Shown in pieces: positions 9,332-18,936 of a DNA stretch of 64,000 bases; the first letter of the stretch is position 1; each line of letters opens with the position of its first letter. The DNA comes from a virus, in IMG/VR virus record IMGVR_UViG_3300025699_000004, one strand, 5' to 3'. The notes under the pieces were generated by a model. It was given only the letters and a program-made list of their open reading frames with translations. It had not been told where the DNA came from and searched no databases. The position numbers and the translations under genes are program-made.

Positions 9332-10256
9332 TTTTATAAGCACTCCTTACATCTAAAGCTGGAGAAGCTTCTACCAGCTCCTTAATTCCCTCTTCAACTG
9401 TTTTATTGATGAAGAAACCTGCATCATTTATTTTTTTATAAGAAACTTCGTAGTTCCTCTTGTCTTCATCCTCACCTACTTCGGCAAAATGCAGGTAATA
9501 ATCTATTTTTTCTTTTATCATTAAAGCTATTTCTTCTTTACTGTAGTTATTTGAATCCCCTCCTACATTGTAAGTGTTGTTCTTCATTGAGTCGTAGTTA
9601 TCAATAGCATGTATAATCGCATTAGCCATGTCAGAGACATGAATAAAAGTTCTTTTGAATGTTTTCTCGAACATTACAAGAAGTTTATTATTTATTGCTT
9701 GATAAACAAAGTCATTAATTAATAAGTCTAATCTCATTCTAGGCGATAAACCAAATGCAGTAGCGAATCTATAAGCTACCGCTTGATTCTCATTCAGGAA
9801 GATATTTTCAGCTTCTGTCTTTGTTTTCCCGTATAAACTTATTGGATTTAAAGGGGTCTCCTCTGTGCAAATTTCATTTTCTATAATTCCATAATTAGAA
9901 CCTGTCGATGCATAGACCGTGCCCTGCTCTTTCGACATTAATGATGAAATTAACTTAGAGGAGTCCACATTAACTGTTTGAGCTAAGTGCGGGTTTTTCC
10001 TGCATGCAGGGAATCCCACGATAGCCGCCAAGTGAATGACGAAATCGAAATTATGGACAAGACCTTTCATCAAACCCTCGTCTCTCACATCCCCTTTTAT
10101 GAATTTAAATTTTGACGTTCCGAAAAAAGGTAATATAGAGTGTCCGTTATCGTACATTAAGTTGTCAACAACACAAACCTTTATGTTTTTCTCTAATAAT
10201 TTTTTAACTAAGACTGATCCAACATAACCAGCTCCTCCTGTGACTAATATTTTCAT
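9324..10256 (-). CDS. NAD-dependent nucleotide-sugar epimerase/dehydratase (extended SDR)
   Basis: GGAGYVGS, IHLAAIVG, ASTGSNYG, SLYGKTK, RFATAFG.SPRMRLDL. Confidence 0.9.
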   Translation of the reverse strand: MKILVTGGAGYVGSVLVKKLLEKNIKVCVVDNLMYDNGHSILPFFGTSKFKFIKGDVRDEGLMKGLVHNFDFVIHLAAIVGFPACRKNPHLAQTVNVDSSKLISSLMSKEQGTVYASTGSNYGIIENEICTEETPLNPISLYGKTKTEAENIFLNENQAVAYRFATAFGLSPRMRLDLLINDFVYQAINNKLLVMFEKTFKRTFIHVSDMANAIIHAIDNYDSMKNNTYNVGGDSNNYSKEEIALMIKEKIDYYLHFAEVGEDEDKRNYEVSYKKINDAGFFINKTVEEGIKELVEASPALDVRSAYKNV

Positions 10257-11290
10257 GAAATTTCTTTTATATCGTTATTAAACATTTTACACACTAAACT
10301 TTTAAAATCGCAATTCCTTTTCCAGTTTAATTCTCTTATAGCGCAAGAAGGGTCTCCCTTCAGTAGGTTAACCTCGGCTGGCCTGTAGAATTTCGGATTA
10401 ACTTTGACTAACAGCTTCCCATCTTTAGTGAATATTTTCTCCTCCTCGCCTTTTCCTGAAAATTTTATTTCAATTTCGGCGAATTTAAAACATAATTTAA
10501 TAAACCTCCTAACATTGTTAACTTCACCACTAGATAAAACATAATCTTTGGGGGTTTGTTGGTTTAACATTAGCCATATTCCACTCATGAAATCCTCGGC
10601 ATCACTCCAGTCTCTTTCGGCATCCATATTGCCCACCTCAAGAGGCTTGAAGTCTGAGTCGCTACTTAAAGACTTTTTTATACTAGCTATCGTTGATGTT
10701 ATTTTTCTTGTTACGAATTCCTTGCCTCTTCTTGTTCCTTCATGGTTGAATAGCCATCCTTGCACACAATATATACCATAAGATTCTCTATAAACTTTTA
10801 TCAAATGCCTGGAGGCAGCTTTAGATGCTCCGTATGGGCTCCTTGGTCTAAGGGGGTGGTTTTCGTTCTGGGGTGAGGATATCACATCTCCAAACTCTTC
10901 GGAGGAGCCTGCGTTATAAACTCTGCATGTAGGGTGATGGGTTCTGACGGCTTCAAGTATATCTAAGACTGCCGTGGCATTAACCTCAAAGGTTTGTTTG
11001 GGGAAGTCCCAACTAGAACCAACGAAACTTTGGGCGGCAAAATTAATAAAATAATCTGGCTTGTATTTTAATATAGACTGCTCTATGCTGTGAGAGTCCG
11101 AAAGATCTATATTTATTAGTTCAAACCTCTCGCTATTGTCCATGTCTATGTGTTCTAAATTCTTATGGTTAGAGACACTTAGCCTTCTGATACCTCCGTA
11201 TATTTTTAAATCTGTATTTTCAAGTAAAAAGTCTACCATGTGGCTGCCATCTTGGCCTGTGACTCCAGTTATTATTACCGTATTACTCAT
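10253..11290 (-). CDS. gmd: GDP-mannose 4,6-dehydratase
   Basis: ITGVTGQDGSH, NFAAQSFV, SSEEFG, PRSPYGASK, FNHEG.RRG.EFVTRKI, RDWSDAED, YRPAEV.LL.GD. Confidence 0.95.
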   Translation of the reverse strand: MSNTVIITGVTGQDGSHMVDFLLENTDLKIYGGIRRLSVSNHKNLEHIDMDNSERFELINIDLSDSHSIEQSILKYKPDYFINFAAQSFVGSSWDFPKQTFEVNATAVLDILEAVRTHHPTCRVYNAGSSEEFGDVISSPQNENHPLRPRSPYGASKAASRHLIKVYRESYGIYCVQGWLFNHEGTRRGKEFVTRKITSTIASIKKSLSSDSDFKPLEVGNMDAERDWSDAEDFMSGIWLMLNQQTPKDYVLSSGEVNNVRRFIKLCFKFAEIEIKFSGKGEEEKIFTKDGKLLVKVNPKFYRPAEVNLLKGDPSCAIRELNWKRNCDFKSLVCKMFNNDIKEIS

Positions 11291-11946
11291 CGATCAAAAG
11301 GTTTTTTAAAGTTGAAAAATTCTATATCTTTTTTGAAGAAAGTCTCTACAAGCTCTTCTGATTCGGAATTATATACATCTTCTAAATTAGAATGCTTTCT
11401 CGTTTTATTTTTATGCGGCAAGTTTTGCTTGGGTATATTTAATTTATCGCATAAATTATTAAAATCTTCTTGTAGATTAGATTGATTTATAGTTAAATCA
11501 ATATTAAACTCTTTATCTGCTTTGTCATTTAAGGATAAACAGTAATCGTAGCATGGCAATATGTGCTTGATCGGGTTTTTGGGGTTCCTGTTAATCATTG
11601 AATTTAAAAAATTTAAAAAGTCAACAGGGCTTTTGGCTGAGATCTTGCCTCGCCTAATTCTTTTAAAGTTATGGAACTTAAAAAGAGAATACATCCTAGA
11701 CCAAGGATCTCTTACCGAGCAGACTTTGAAATATTTGTCAAAGTGATTGACTCTTAATTCCTTAACTTCTAAAAAAGTCTTTGATCGATATTTCTCAAAA
11801 GAATAAAACATCTGTTGGACCTCCGACAAGGTGCAGTGTTTTCCTGGAGCGTTAATTTCAAAATAAGGCTCCAAGCAATGCTCTACGCTTGTTCCTCCTG
11901 TTTTAGTTGGGTGGATGAATATTAACTTTAGGCCATGAGAGATCAT
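11287..11946 (-). CDS. Carbohydrate sulfotransferase (Sulfotransfer_2-like)
   Basis: PAPS-binding motifs FIHPTKTGGTS and VRDPWSRMYS; C-terminal VETFFKKDIEFFNF. Confidence 0.85.
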   Translation of the reverse strand: MISHGLKLIFIHPTKTGGTSVEHCLEPYFEINAPGKHCTLSEVQQMFYSFEKYRSKTFLEVKELRVNHFDKYFKVCSVRDPWSRMYSLFKFHNFKRIRRGKISAKSPVDFLNFLNSMINRNPKNPIKHILPCYDYCLSLNDKADKEFNIDLTINQSNLQEDFNNLCDKLNIPKQNLPHKNKTRKHSNLEDVYNSESEELVETFFKKDIEFFNFKKPFDR

Positions 11947-12872
11947 TCTATACCTAAATCTTTTTTGTATTTAGGCATCCAGTCCTCAAGGGATATTGTT
12001 GAGCTCCAATTTAAAAGTTCTCTAGCTCTGGTGTTATCCGCTAATGTTTCACGAGGCTCTATTACTGGATCCCTGTTGGTGGTTTCTCCCCCTATCAATC
12101 TAGCGATATCATTGACAGATCGATTGTCGGAATTGCCGATATTAATAGCTTCTCCTTGCCCCACCTTTTCGGACTGAGAGGCTAAAATGTTTGCTATGGC
12201 GACATCTTTTACATATGTGAAATCTCTTCTTTGTTCTCCGTCACCGTTGATAGTTAGAGTTTTTCCTTCTAGCTTTTGTTTTGCAAAAGTCCCCATCACT
12301 AAAGCGTAAGCTCCCGTAAGGGGCTGTCTTTCTCCATATACATTAAAGTATCTAAGGCATACTGTTTCGATATTGTATATCCTTGAATACAGTCTGCAAT
12401 ATTCCTCTCCGACAAGCTTGTTTAATGCATATGGACTCATAGGATTAAAAGAGTTTGTTTCTTTTGTGGGCAATTCTTCTTCTGTTACGTCTCCGTAAAC
12501 AGAGGAAGACGAACTGAATACGAATCTTCTTACTCCTGCATTAGCGGCGACCTCGAGCATGTTAAGAGTGCCTCCTTCGTTGATTTGATTAAACTTGTAG
12601 GGGTTTTCTATCGAAGGCTGAACTCTAGCTAGAGCAGCTAAATGAAAAACAGTGTCCACCCCTTTCATCATTTCTTCAGCGAGCTTTCTAAAAGAGCCAG
12701 ATTTATTGCATGAAGATATGTCGCATACAACTAGCTTGGCTTTTGAGTTTACATTTGACTCCAGGCCAGTTGACAAGTTATCTAGCACGACAACTTCATG
12801 CCCTTGCATTACTAATTCATCAACTAAATTGCTTCCTATGAATCCAGCCCCTCCTGTTACTATATATTTCAT
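11943..12872 (-). CDS. NAD-dependent UDP-sugar 4-epimerase-like SDR
   Basis: VTGGAGFIGSNL, HLAALARVQPS, FSSSSSVYG, SPYALNK, LRYFNVYG, GDGEQRRDFTYV. Confidence 0.9.
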   Translation of the reverse strand: MKYIVTGGAGFIGSNLVDELVMQGHEVVVLDNLSTGLESNVNSKAKLVVCDISSCNKSGSFRKLAEEMMKGVDTVFHLAALARVQPSIENPYKFNQINEGGTLNMLEVAANAGVRRFVFSSSSSVYGDVTEEELPTKETNSFNPMSPYALNKLVGEEYCRLYSRIYNIETVCLRYFNVYGERQPLTGAYALVMGTFAKQKLEGKTLTINGDGEQRRDFTYVKDVAIANILASQSEKVGQGEAINIGNSDNRSVNDIARLIGGETTNRDPVIEPRETLADNTRARELLNWSSTISLEDWMPKYKKDLGIE

Positions 12873-12878
12873 AAATTA

Positions 12879-13751
12879 TTATAATTTTTCATCGATAGAT
12901 TTCCATCTATATATTAATTTTTCTGGAGATAGCATTTCTTTTGCTTGTCCCATGATCTGTTTAGATAAAAAATATTCTTCTGTTTTGTTTTTAATATCTT
13001 GTTTGCATTTGTTTAATTTTTCTTTAAGCTCTGTTAAAGTGTCTGCGTAATATGGATAGTCTTCTCCTAGTATTTCTAACGAGGATGGGGATCTGCTGGA
13101 TATAATTAAGTTGTCTAGCATGGCTGCCGTAGCAACTTTTGTTGATGTTTCCCAGCTTGCGAGTACATCGTGGTGATCCCCTGATGATGTATAGCCTTTT
13201 CTTATTGATATGTTAATTGAACCATCATAGATAACTGAGTCCATATTTTTGTGGTTATGTAAATCATATTCTCCTTTAAGAGTTTTTGCATCAATAATTC
13301 CTAAGTCTGGAAAATCCTTGTAAAAATAAGTTTTGTCAGGACAGCCAAAAAAATAAGCTTTTAATTCTTTAGAAGGTTCTAATTTTATTTTTTTATGTAA
13401 ATCTGAATCCCACCCATGATATATCGTGTGTGTTTTAGTTTTGAAAAACCTATTCATGTCCTTGTTATTAGTGATAATAAGGTCAAACCAGTTTTCGTTT
13501 TTTATCGCAAGCTCTGAGGAGTCTAAAAAATCAAGAATAATTTTATTATTATTTGATTTTAAGTGGTTGATGATTGATGTACTTAAGTGCGGAGGATGTC
13601 TTCTAATGAAAATAACATTTGAGTTTTTGATTGTTTTATAATCCTGTTCGATATCGCCAAAGCGGCAGTCAAGCATTTTTGCTATATTTAAACCCCTCAT
13701 TCTTCTAGAGCCTTTTAATGGTGGGGTTGATGTGTCTATATAAAGATTCAT
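12879..13751 (-). CDS. Hypothetical protein, possibly a GT-B glycosyltransferase
   Basis: 290 aa within the glycan cluster; KVATAAMLDNLIIS resembles a GT-B C-terminal motif. Weak. Confidence 0.45.
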   Translation of the reverse strand: MNLYIDTSTPPLKGSRRMRGLNIAKMLDCRFGDIEQDYKTIKNSNVIFIRRHPPHLSTSIINHLKSNNNKIILDFLDSSELAIKNENWFDLIITNNKDMNRFFKTKTHTIYHGWDSDLHKKIKLEPSKELKAYFFGCPDKTYFYKDFPDLGIIDAKTLKGEYDLHNHKNMDSVIYDGSINISIRKGYTSSGDHHDVLASWETSTKVATAAMLDNLIISSRSPSSLEILGEDYPYYADTLTELKEKLNKCKQDIKNKTEEYFLSKQIMGQAKEMLSPEKLIYRWKSIDEKL

Positions 13752-14323
13752 GATAAATTATACAGGCAAGAATAGTAATTTTCTACATGGGGTTCAAAAA
13801 AATCCACCTCTATACCTTCAAAGTAATTCATGTCTAAGTAATCTTTTCCTGATGGACCGCTTATGTATTTTTTAGCGCCAATTTTTTTAAGAATATTTGC
13901 AAGTAATTCAGATTTATGTCCAGAAACATTAAGATCGCTAGCAAATATAATTTCTTTCTGAATATTTAATTTATGAAAAGCCCACATAATACTTTCCATG
14001 TTAATATCTATCAAAAAATTGTGTTTATATATGTGAGATAAATCTATATTAAAATTCTCTTTAATTTTTAAATTTATCTTTCTTCTCCAATTAGAGTCAT
14101 TAGACACACAAACATCTTTTATAATTTTTGATGTGGCTTTTTTTTCTACTGGGGCGGTAATCCATTCATCTGTACCATCTTTTAATTTTATTTTATTACG
14201 GTTTTGAAAATAATTTTTTCTGTAATTAACATTATCTAAGACTACAAACACATCAGCTTGGGAAATTTTTTGAAAAAATCCCATATATGGAAAATGTTCG
14301 GGCTGATGAATTGTTGCCTTCAA
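13748..14323 (-). CDS. WbqC-like protein
   Basis: IHQPEHFPYMGFFQKI..ADVFVVLD.V.Y.K..FQNRNKI and YISGPSGKDYLD. Confidence 0.88.
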   Translation of the reverse strand: MKATIHQPEHFPYMGFFQKISQADVFVVLDNVNYRKNYFQNRNKIKLKDGTDEWITAPVEKKATSKIIKDVCVSNDSNWRRKINLKIKENFNIDLSHIYKHNFLIDINMESIMWAFHKLNIQKEIIFASDLNVSGHKSELLANILKKIGAKKYISGPSGKDYLDMNYFEGIEVDFFEPHVENYYSCLYNLS

Positions 14324-14411
14324 AGATCAGTATTTTCTTCTATAACAGCTTTTCCAAAATGCTGCTCTTCATTTAATTTCTTGAATTTTCATAATGTTTT
14401 TTTTATTTAAA

Positions 14412-14969
14412 TTAGTTTGGGCGGCCAATTATTAATATGTTGTCGTAATTTTTAATAAATCTTTCATGTCTTAGGTCAATAATTTCTAAGTTTAATTTTG
14501 AAGTAGTATTATTTATTAAACGATGAGCCAAGTCAATTCCATTGACATCTTCTACAATTAGTATGCCAGAAGGATTGATTAAATCTGAAAAGTGGTCTAG
14601 AAAAAACAGTTGCGACTCCTCTGTATGAGGCCCATCATCTACAATAACATCAAATTTTTTATTGTTAAAATTTTCATTAATAAATGATAGGTCGTAAGCA
14701 TTTTGATTAAAAAAAGGAACTATCCTTTCTTGATTCATTAGTACAGATCTAGTGTCTGATCTATCACCGATATCCACACAGTAAACTGTGGCATTATCAA
14801 AAAAATCACGAAACATAAGAGCTCCACCACCGCCTGCTATACCTATTTCTAGAATATTTTGACTAGAAGATCTAATGGGGTTAAATAATTTTTTGTAGGT
14901 GTTGATGTATGAATGCCTTGTGTTTTTATCAGTTAACTGATTATTTATAATTTGATCTAATTCTCTCAT
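14412..14969 (-). CDS. Class I SAM-dependent (sugar O-)methyltransferase
   Basis: ILEIGIAGGG, YCVDI, FDVIVDDGPHT, LIVEDV. Start placed at ATGA-coupled 14969. Confidence 0.85.
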   Translation of the reverse strand: MRELDQIINNQLTDKNTRHSYINTYKKLFNPIRSSSQNILEIGIAGGGGALMFRDFFDNATVYCVDIGDRSDTRSVLMNQERIVPFFNQNAYDLSFINENFNNKKFDVIVDDGPHTEESQLFFLDHFSDLINPSGILIVEDVNGIDLAHRLINNTTSKLNLEIIDLRHERFIKNYDNILIIGRPN

Positions 14970-15601
14970 AGCCATTTTATTATTTTATATATTTCATATG
15001 TTTGATAGTCATCAAAAGCAAAATTTTCTAATACATGTGCTCGTCCTATATTGTAATGCTCTTCGCTTTGTAAATAATATCCCCATTTTGTATAAGACTG
15101 ATCTTTATTGATGTCGTATCTATCTAAAGATTTCTTTTTAAGATTGTAAAGATCTTCATCAATACCTATATAGTAATTACTTTGAAAATTAACACTAGAT
15201 GGGGAGTATAAAGTGACATAACGACTGCAATATTTATACATTCCCTTAGATATAAAGCTCAATGCGACATGATCTGTGTGTGAATCATCGTGATCGTGAG
15301 TAAGGAGATCAAATCTTTTGTTAAAGTCAATAGATTTGTAAAAACAATCTTTGACCTTATCTAAATTGTTAAATAAAGTTCTTTGTTCAAATCCTAAATT
15401 AATATCCACTAATTTAGAAGTAATTTCAAGAGGTAGATTATTTTTGTTTTCTTCCCATACTGGTTCTTTTTTACTCCATGTCGTTGCTGTTATAATTTTG
15501 ATCTTATCATACTCATGATAATGTTTAAATAAGTAACCGTAAGCCGCACATTCAACATCATCAATGTGGGCAATAAAAATTATAAGATCTTTTTTAATCA
15601 T
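14966..15601 (-). CDS. PIG-L/LmbE-family de-N-acetylase-like protein
   Basis: FIAHIDDVE and THDHDDSHTDH metal-binding motifs. Confidence 0.8.
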   Translation of the reverse strand: MIKKDLIIFIAHIDDVECAAYGYLFKHYHEYDKIKIITATTWSKKEPVWEENKNNLPLEITSKLVDINLGFEQRTLFNNLDKVKDCFYKSIDFNKRFDLLTHDHDDSHTDHVALSFISKGMYKYCSRYVTLYSPSSVNFQSNYYIGIDEDLYNLKKKSLDRYDINKDQSYTKWGYYLQSEEHYNIGRAHVLENFAFDDYQTYEIYKIIKWL

Positions 15602-16601
15602 TAATATGTTCTTTGTGAGATTCTATAATTTGGTTATATGCACTTTCACAGGCAAAGTTCATGTTTAGGCATTCTTTAGAAAAGTCATGCATTTCTTTAG
15701 AGAGTTCTGGGGAAAAATCATTTAGCATTTTTTTTAAATTCTCATTGAACGAGTTCCTGTCTCCTTTTTTATAAACATGCCCAAATTTATAATGATCTTT
15801 ATGTATTAATACTGTATCCCTAATTAAGAAGGAGTTTCCAGAATAAATAGATTCTGGTATTACTCTTGGAGAAGGGTCATAGGGCTGGGGAGCAGCTTCA
15901 GTAGACAAGGCAGTGTGTTTGGCTTTTAAATACTCTTGGGCTAAATCGTCTTTAGATATTGCGTTGGAAATGGAAAAATTAATACCTTTGCTTTTAAGTA
16001 AGCTTTCCATCTGGAGTTTATATTTTGCCCTTCTTATCGGGCCAAAAAATTTAACTTCATATTCCGAAATTAGACTGGGGTCTATAAGGTTTATAAATTC
16101 AATCTGATTTTTGTCAATGCCAATTGAACCCACATAAAGTATGGTGTTAGTTTTTTGTTGGGCATCAAAATTATTTTCAAAATAATTTGTCAACTCAAAG
16201 CTAGGAGGCTTTATTAAATCTCCGTCATCGAAAGTGGTGTCGCAATTTATTTTGTTTCGTGGCAAACCTAAGGGAGTTATATTGATTTTGAAATCGCATT
16301 TTTTAAAATATTGCTGGTTGTAAGAAGAAAAACTTGAGCTTTTTCCTATACATATATCGAAATTATTACCAAAAATTTCTTGAGGACTTGCATCTACAAA
16401 AACACCTTTTTCAATTTTACAAATATAGTTTCTATTGCCTTTATGAAAAACGGAATAAACATTATGACCCTTAGCTGCAAAATGTAAAGGGAGTTCGGAC
16501 CCCTCAATCTGTGTGTTCATTACTCCATCGTCAGGCCTTATATGAGAAAAGTGAACAAACAAAACATTTAAAAAATGTTCTTCAACCTTTTTTGATTTCA
16601 T
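15594..16601 (-). CDS. Putative GT-B (GT4-like) glycosyltransferase
   Basis: ILYVGSIGIDKNQ and SPRVIPESIYSG. Confidence 0.65.
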   Translation of the reverse strand: MKSKKVEEHFLNVLFVHFSHIRPDDGVMNTQIEGSELPLHFAAKGHNVYSVFHKGNRNYICKIEKGVFVDASPQEIFGNNFDICIGKSSSFSSYNQQYFKKCDFKINITPLGLPRNKINCDTTFDDGDLIKPPSFELTNYFENNFDAQQKTNTILYVGSIGIDKNQIEFINLIDPSLISEYEVKFFGPIRRAKYKLQMESLLKSKGINFSISNAISKDDLAQEYLKAKHTALSTEAAPQPYDPSPRVIPESIYSGNSFLIRDTVLIHKDHYKFGHVYKKGDRNSFNENLKKMLNDFSPELSKEMHDFSKECLNMNFACESAYNQIIESHKEHIND

Positions 16602-16626
16602 GATCTAAGATGTGGTACAGATTGCT

Positions 16627-17391
16627 TTAAAAGCAACACGGACTATCGTTTTTATCAATGTTCGTGGTTGTTTTTTGTGGGTTGTTATTATTAAAGAAAG
16701 AGTATAGAGCTTGAGCTACAGAAAAATCTTCATTGGTGTCAATGTCTACTCTTGGATTATGTGCATGATGCCAGTATGGGTTTTGACCAACATGATAGCC
16801 CACTTTTTTAATTGACTCTCTCGTTAATATCGACAGGGTAAACGTTAGTTGGTATGTGCATGGTAGTAATTGAGATTTAGTATGCCAAGGACCAAAACCA
16901 AACCCTATAGGTTTATGGTTGCTATCTAGATAATAATCTTTATGGGGATACACAACAACCAAAGAATCAAAAGTTTTTCTCAAGGGGGTTTTTTTATATC
17001 TGTTGAAGAGATGGAGGCTTTGACTTTCTGGCTCGCCTTCATTCCATAATGCAAAACACTCCTTATACGAGTCAAACATAGGGTCAATAACTTGACACCA
17101 AGCAATATCATCATCTCCTGGCACTTGATCGCATATACCATTAAATACATCATAGAATTTTGTGTCATTATTAGCTAAGATAGGGTCTCTGAGAATAAAG
17201 TTAATACCATATTTTTTAGCTTCTAACTTGAATTTTTCATCTTCGCAACTCATATAAATATCGCTTGGTTTTAGCTCCTTAAGTATTTTTTTTGCAGTAA
17301 TATCAAACAGGGAATCACCTTTATAAAATTCTTTAAAATTTTTATTAATCACCCTACTGGATGATGCTTTTACTGGTATTATTGCTTTCAT
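16627..17391 (-). CDS. Acylneuraminate/Kdo-type cytidylyltransferase (CMP-sugar synthetase family)
   Basis: AIIPVKASSSRVINKNF and VDIDTNEDF motifs. Confidence 0.85.
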   Translation of the reverse strand: MKAIIPVKASSSRVINKNFKEFYKGDSLFDITAKKILKELKPSDIYMSCEDEKFKLEAKKYGINFILRDPILANNDTKFYDVFNGICDQVPGDDDIAWCQVIDPMFDSYKECFALWNEGEPESQSLHLFNRYKKTPLRKTFDSLVVVYPHKDYYLDSNHKPIGFGFGPWHTKSQLLPCTYQLTFTLSILTRESIKKVGYHVGQNPYWHHAHNPRVDIDTNEDFSVAQALYSFFNNNNPQKTTTNIDKNDSPCCF

Positions 17392-18176
17392 AATTGTTTT
17401 AAAGTTAAGTTTATTTTGCTAAACTCTTCGATTGAAAAGCTTTTCATTTCTAATACCCTAGTTAATATTGGGTCGATTTCTATTGTATCCTTATTTAACA
17501 ATTCCTTAATATAGAGCCATTGATTTGATTGTATGTGTCTTTTGGAATTTAAAAAACCTTTTACGCATTCATCGTAAGTTTTACCAACATTTTCTTTCAT
17601 AGTCTCAAGTCCTTTTTTATACATGTCGTAATAACCATCTAGAAGAAAGCTAAAACCGTATATCTTTAAGCATTTTCTTTGCTCTGTTAAGTTTAAGAGG
17701 TGATGTATCGCAATGATTCCTGTATTTGGTTTGCATCGAATTCGTTTTGATAAATCATTATATAAATTATAATCTATCATGTCTAGGGGAAGGTAACGTT
17801 TTACATTTTTAACATTTTCGAGTTTAACACATGGTGAGTATTGATTTTGAGAAGCTATTCCATTAAAAGAAGAATTTGGTAGGCTAAATACTTGCTTTAT
17901 TCCTTTTTTTAACCAAAATTCTGGCTTTATAAATCCAAAATGACCTCCATGTGAATCTTTGGAGTCTTCCTGCATGCAATGGTACAATATGTCTGATTTA
18001 CTTCCTAAATTAAGCCTTAGGTCTTGATTTAAATGGTCTAAGGACTTATTTAGTCTTACGACAATATCTGAATCATCGATAGCTTTCCCAAAATTATTTT
18101 TCTGCAAATAATTGGCGGGGCCGACAATACTAATTGTTTTATTTTTATAAAAATCTTTATCTAAATATAAACTCAT
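17388..18176 (-). CDS. GT29-like sialyltransferase-family protein
   Basis: L-sialylmotif-like ISIVGPA...GKAIDDSDIVVRLN...LGSKSD and S-motif-like KPNTGIIAI...IYGFSF; distal His. Confidence 0.75.
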   Translation of the reverse strand: MSLYLDKDFYKNKTISIVGPANYLQKNNFGKAIDDSDIVVRLNKSLDHLNQDLRLNLGSKSDILYHCMQEDSKDSHGGHFGFIKPEFWLKKGIKQVFSLPNSSFNGIASQNQYSPCVKLENVKNVKRYLPLDMIDYNLYNDLSKRIRCKPNTGIIAIHHLLNLTEQRKCLKIYGFSFLLDGYYDMYKKGLETMKENVGKTYDECVKGFLNSKRHIQSNQWLYIKELLNKDTIEIDPILTRVLEMKSFSIEEFSKINLTLKQL

Positions 18177-18198
18177 AATGTTGTGTTTGCCTGTTTGA

Positions 18199-18936
18199 TT
18201 AATACCATACAGCTTGCTCCTTTAAACTTTGCTCCAGCTCTTCTAAATTACTTACTGTAAATTTGCCTCTATAAACATCTGGATTGTGATGCATGTGGTA
18301 GATTCTTGGGGCCATATGCTGTTCCCCAAATTGATGTTTAAATCTGTCTTGCTTTTCTCTGTTAGCCTTACTTCTTATATTGTATTCAAAAGGGAAGTGA
18401 TGTATAAGAGCTTCGCTTTTCCATAAAGATATTCTTAAGCTGACTTGATCCCAGCCGCTTGTTTTGTTGTAATATTTATAAAAATATTTTTTCCATAATT
18501 CCAAGAAATCAATAGTTCTTTGGGAGTTGTTGTAGGCCATAATCCCCCCATTCACTTCAGAGAAAGAATAAGGAATTTCGCTGTACTCAGGTATTACATC
18601 TGAGTATTTTTTTCTTTTTCTTGCATAGTCGTGAGTAAATGCAACATCAAATCTATCTAATACTTCGAACATATCTGAAATATCCCTAACTATCAATGTG
18701 TCTGAATCTAAGTAAATAGTCTTTTCAAAAGGAGTTTCTGAGACAAGATCGACTTTACTTCTTGCATGTTTTATCTTTTTTATTATAACTTGATCTATAA
18801 ATGGACTGGATAATTCTTGGTTGGTTATTAGTGCAACAGGTATTTCAGGCATATATCTTTTTAGAGACTCAGCCGAAAGAAGTGTTTCTTTAATGTAAGC
18901 TTCATTAAAAGCTATATATAAAATTCCTTTTTTCAT
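18199..18936 (-). CDS. GT-A (GT8-like) glycosyltransferase
   Basis: SAESLKR, TIYLDSDT (DxD), VNGGIMAY, WDQVSLR. Confidence 0.8.
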   Translation of the reverse strand: MKKGILYIAFNEAYIKETLLSAESLKRYMPEIPVALITNQELSSPFIDQVIIKKIKHARSKVDLVSETPFEKTIYLDSDTLIVRDISDMFEVLDRFDVAFTHDYARKRKKYSDVIPEYSEIPYSFSEVNGGIMAYNNSQRTIDFLELWKKYFYKYYNKTSGWDQVSLRISLWKSEALIHHFPFEYNIRSKANREKQDRFKHQFGEQHMAPRIYHMHHNPDVYRGKFTVSNLEELEQSLKEQAVWY

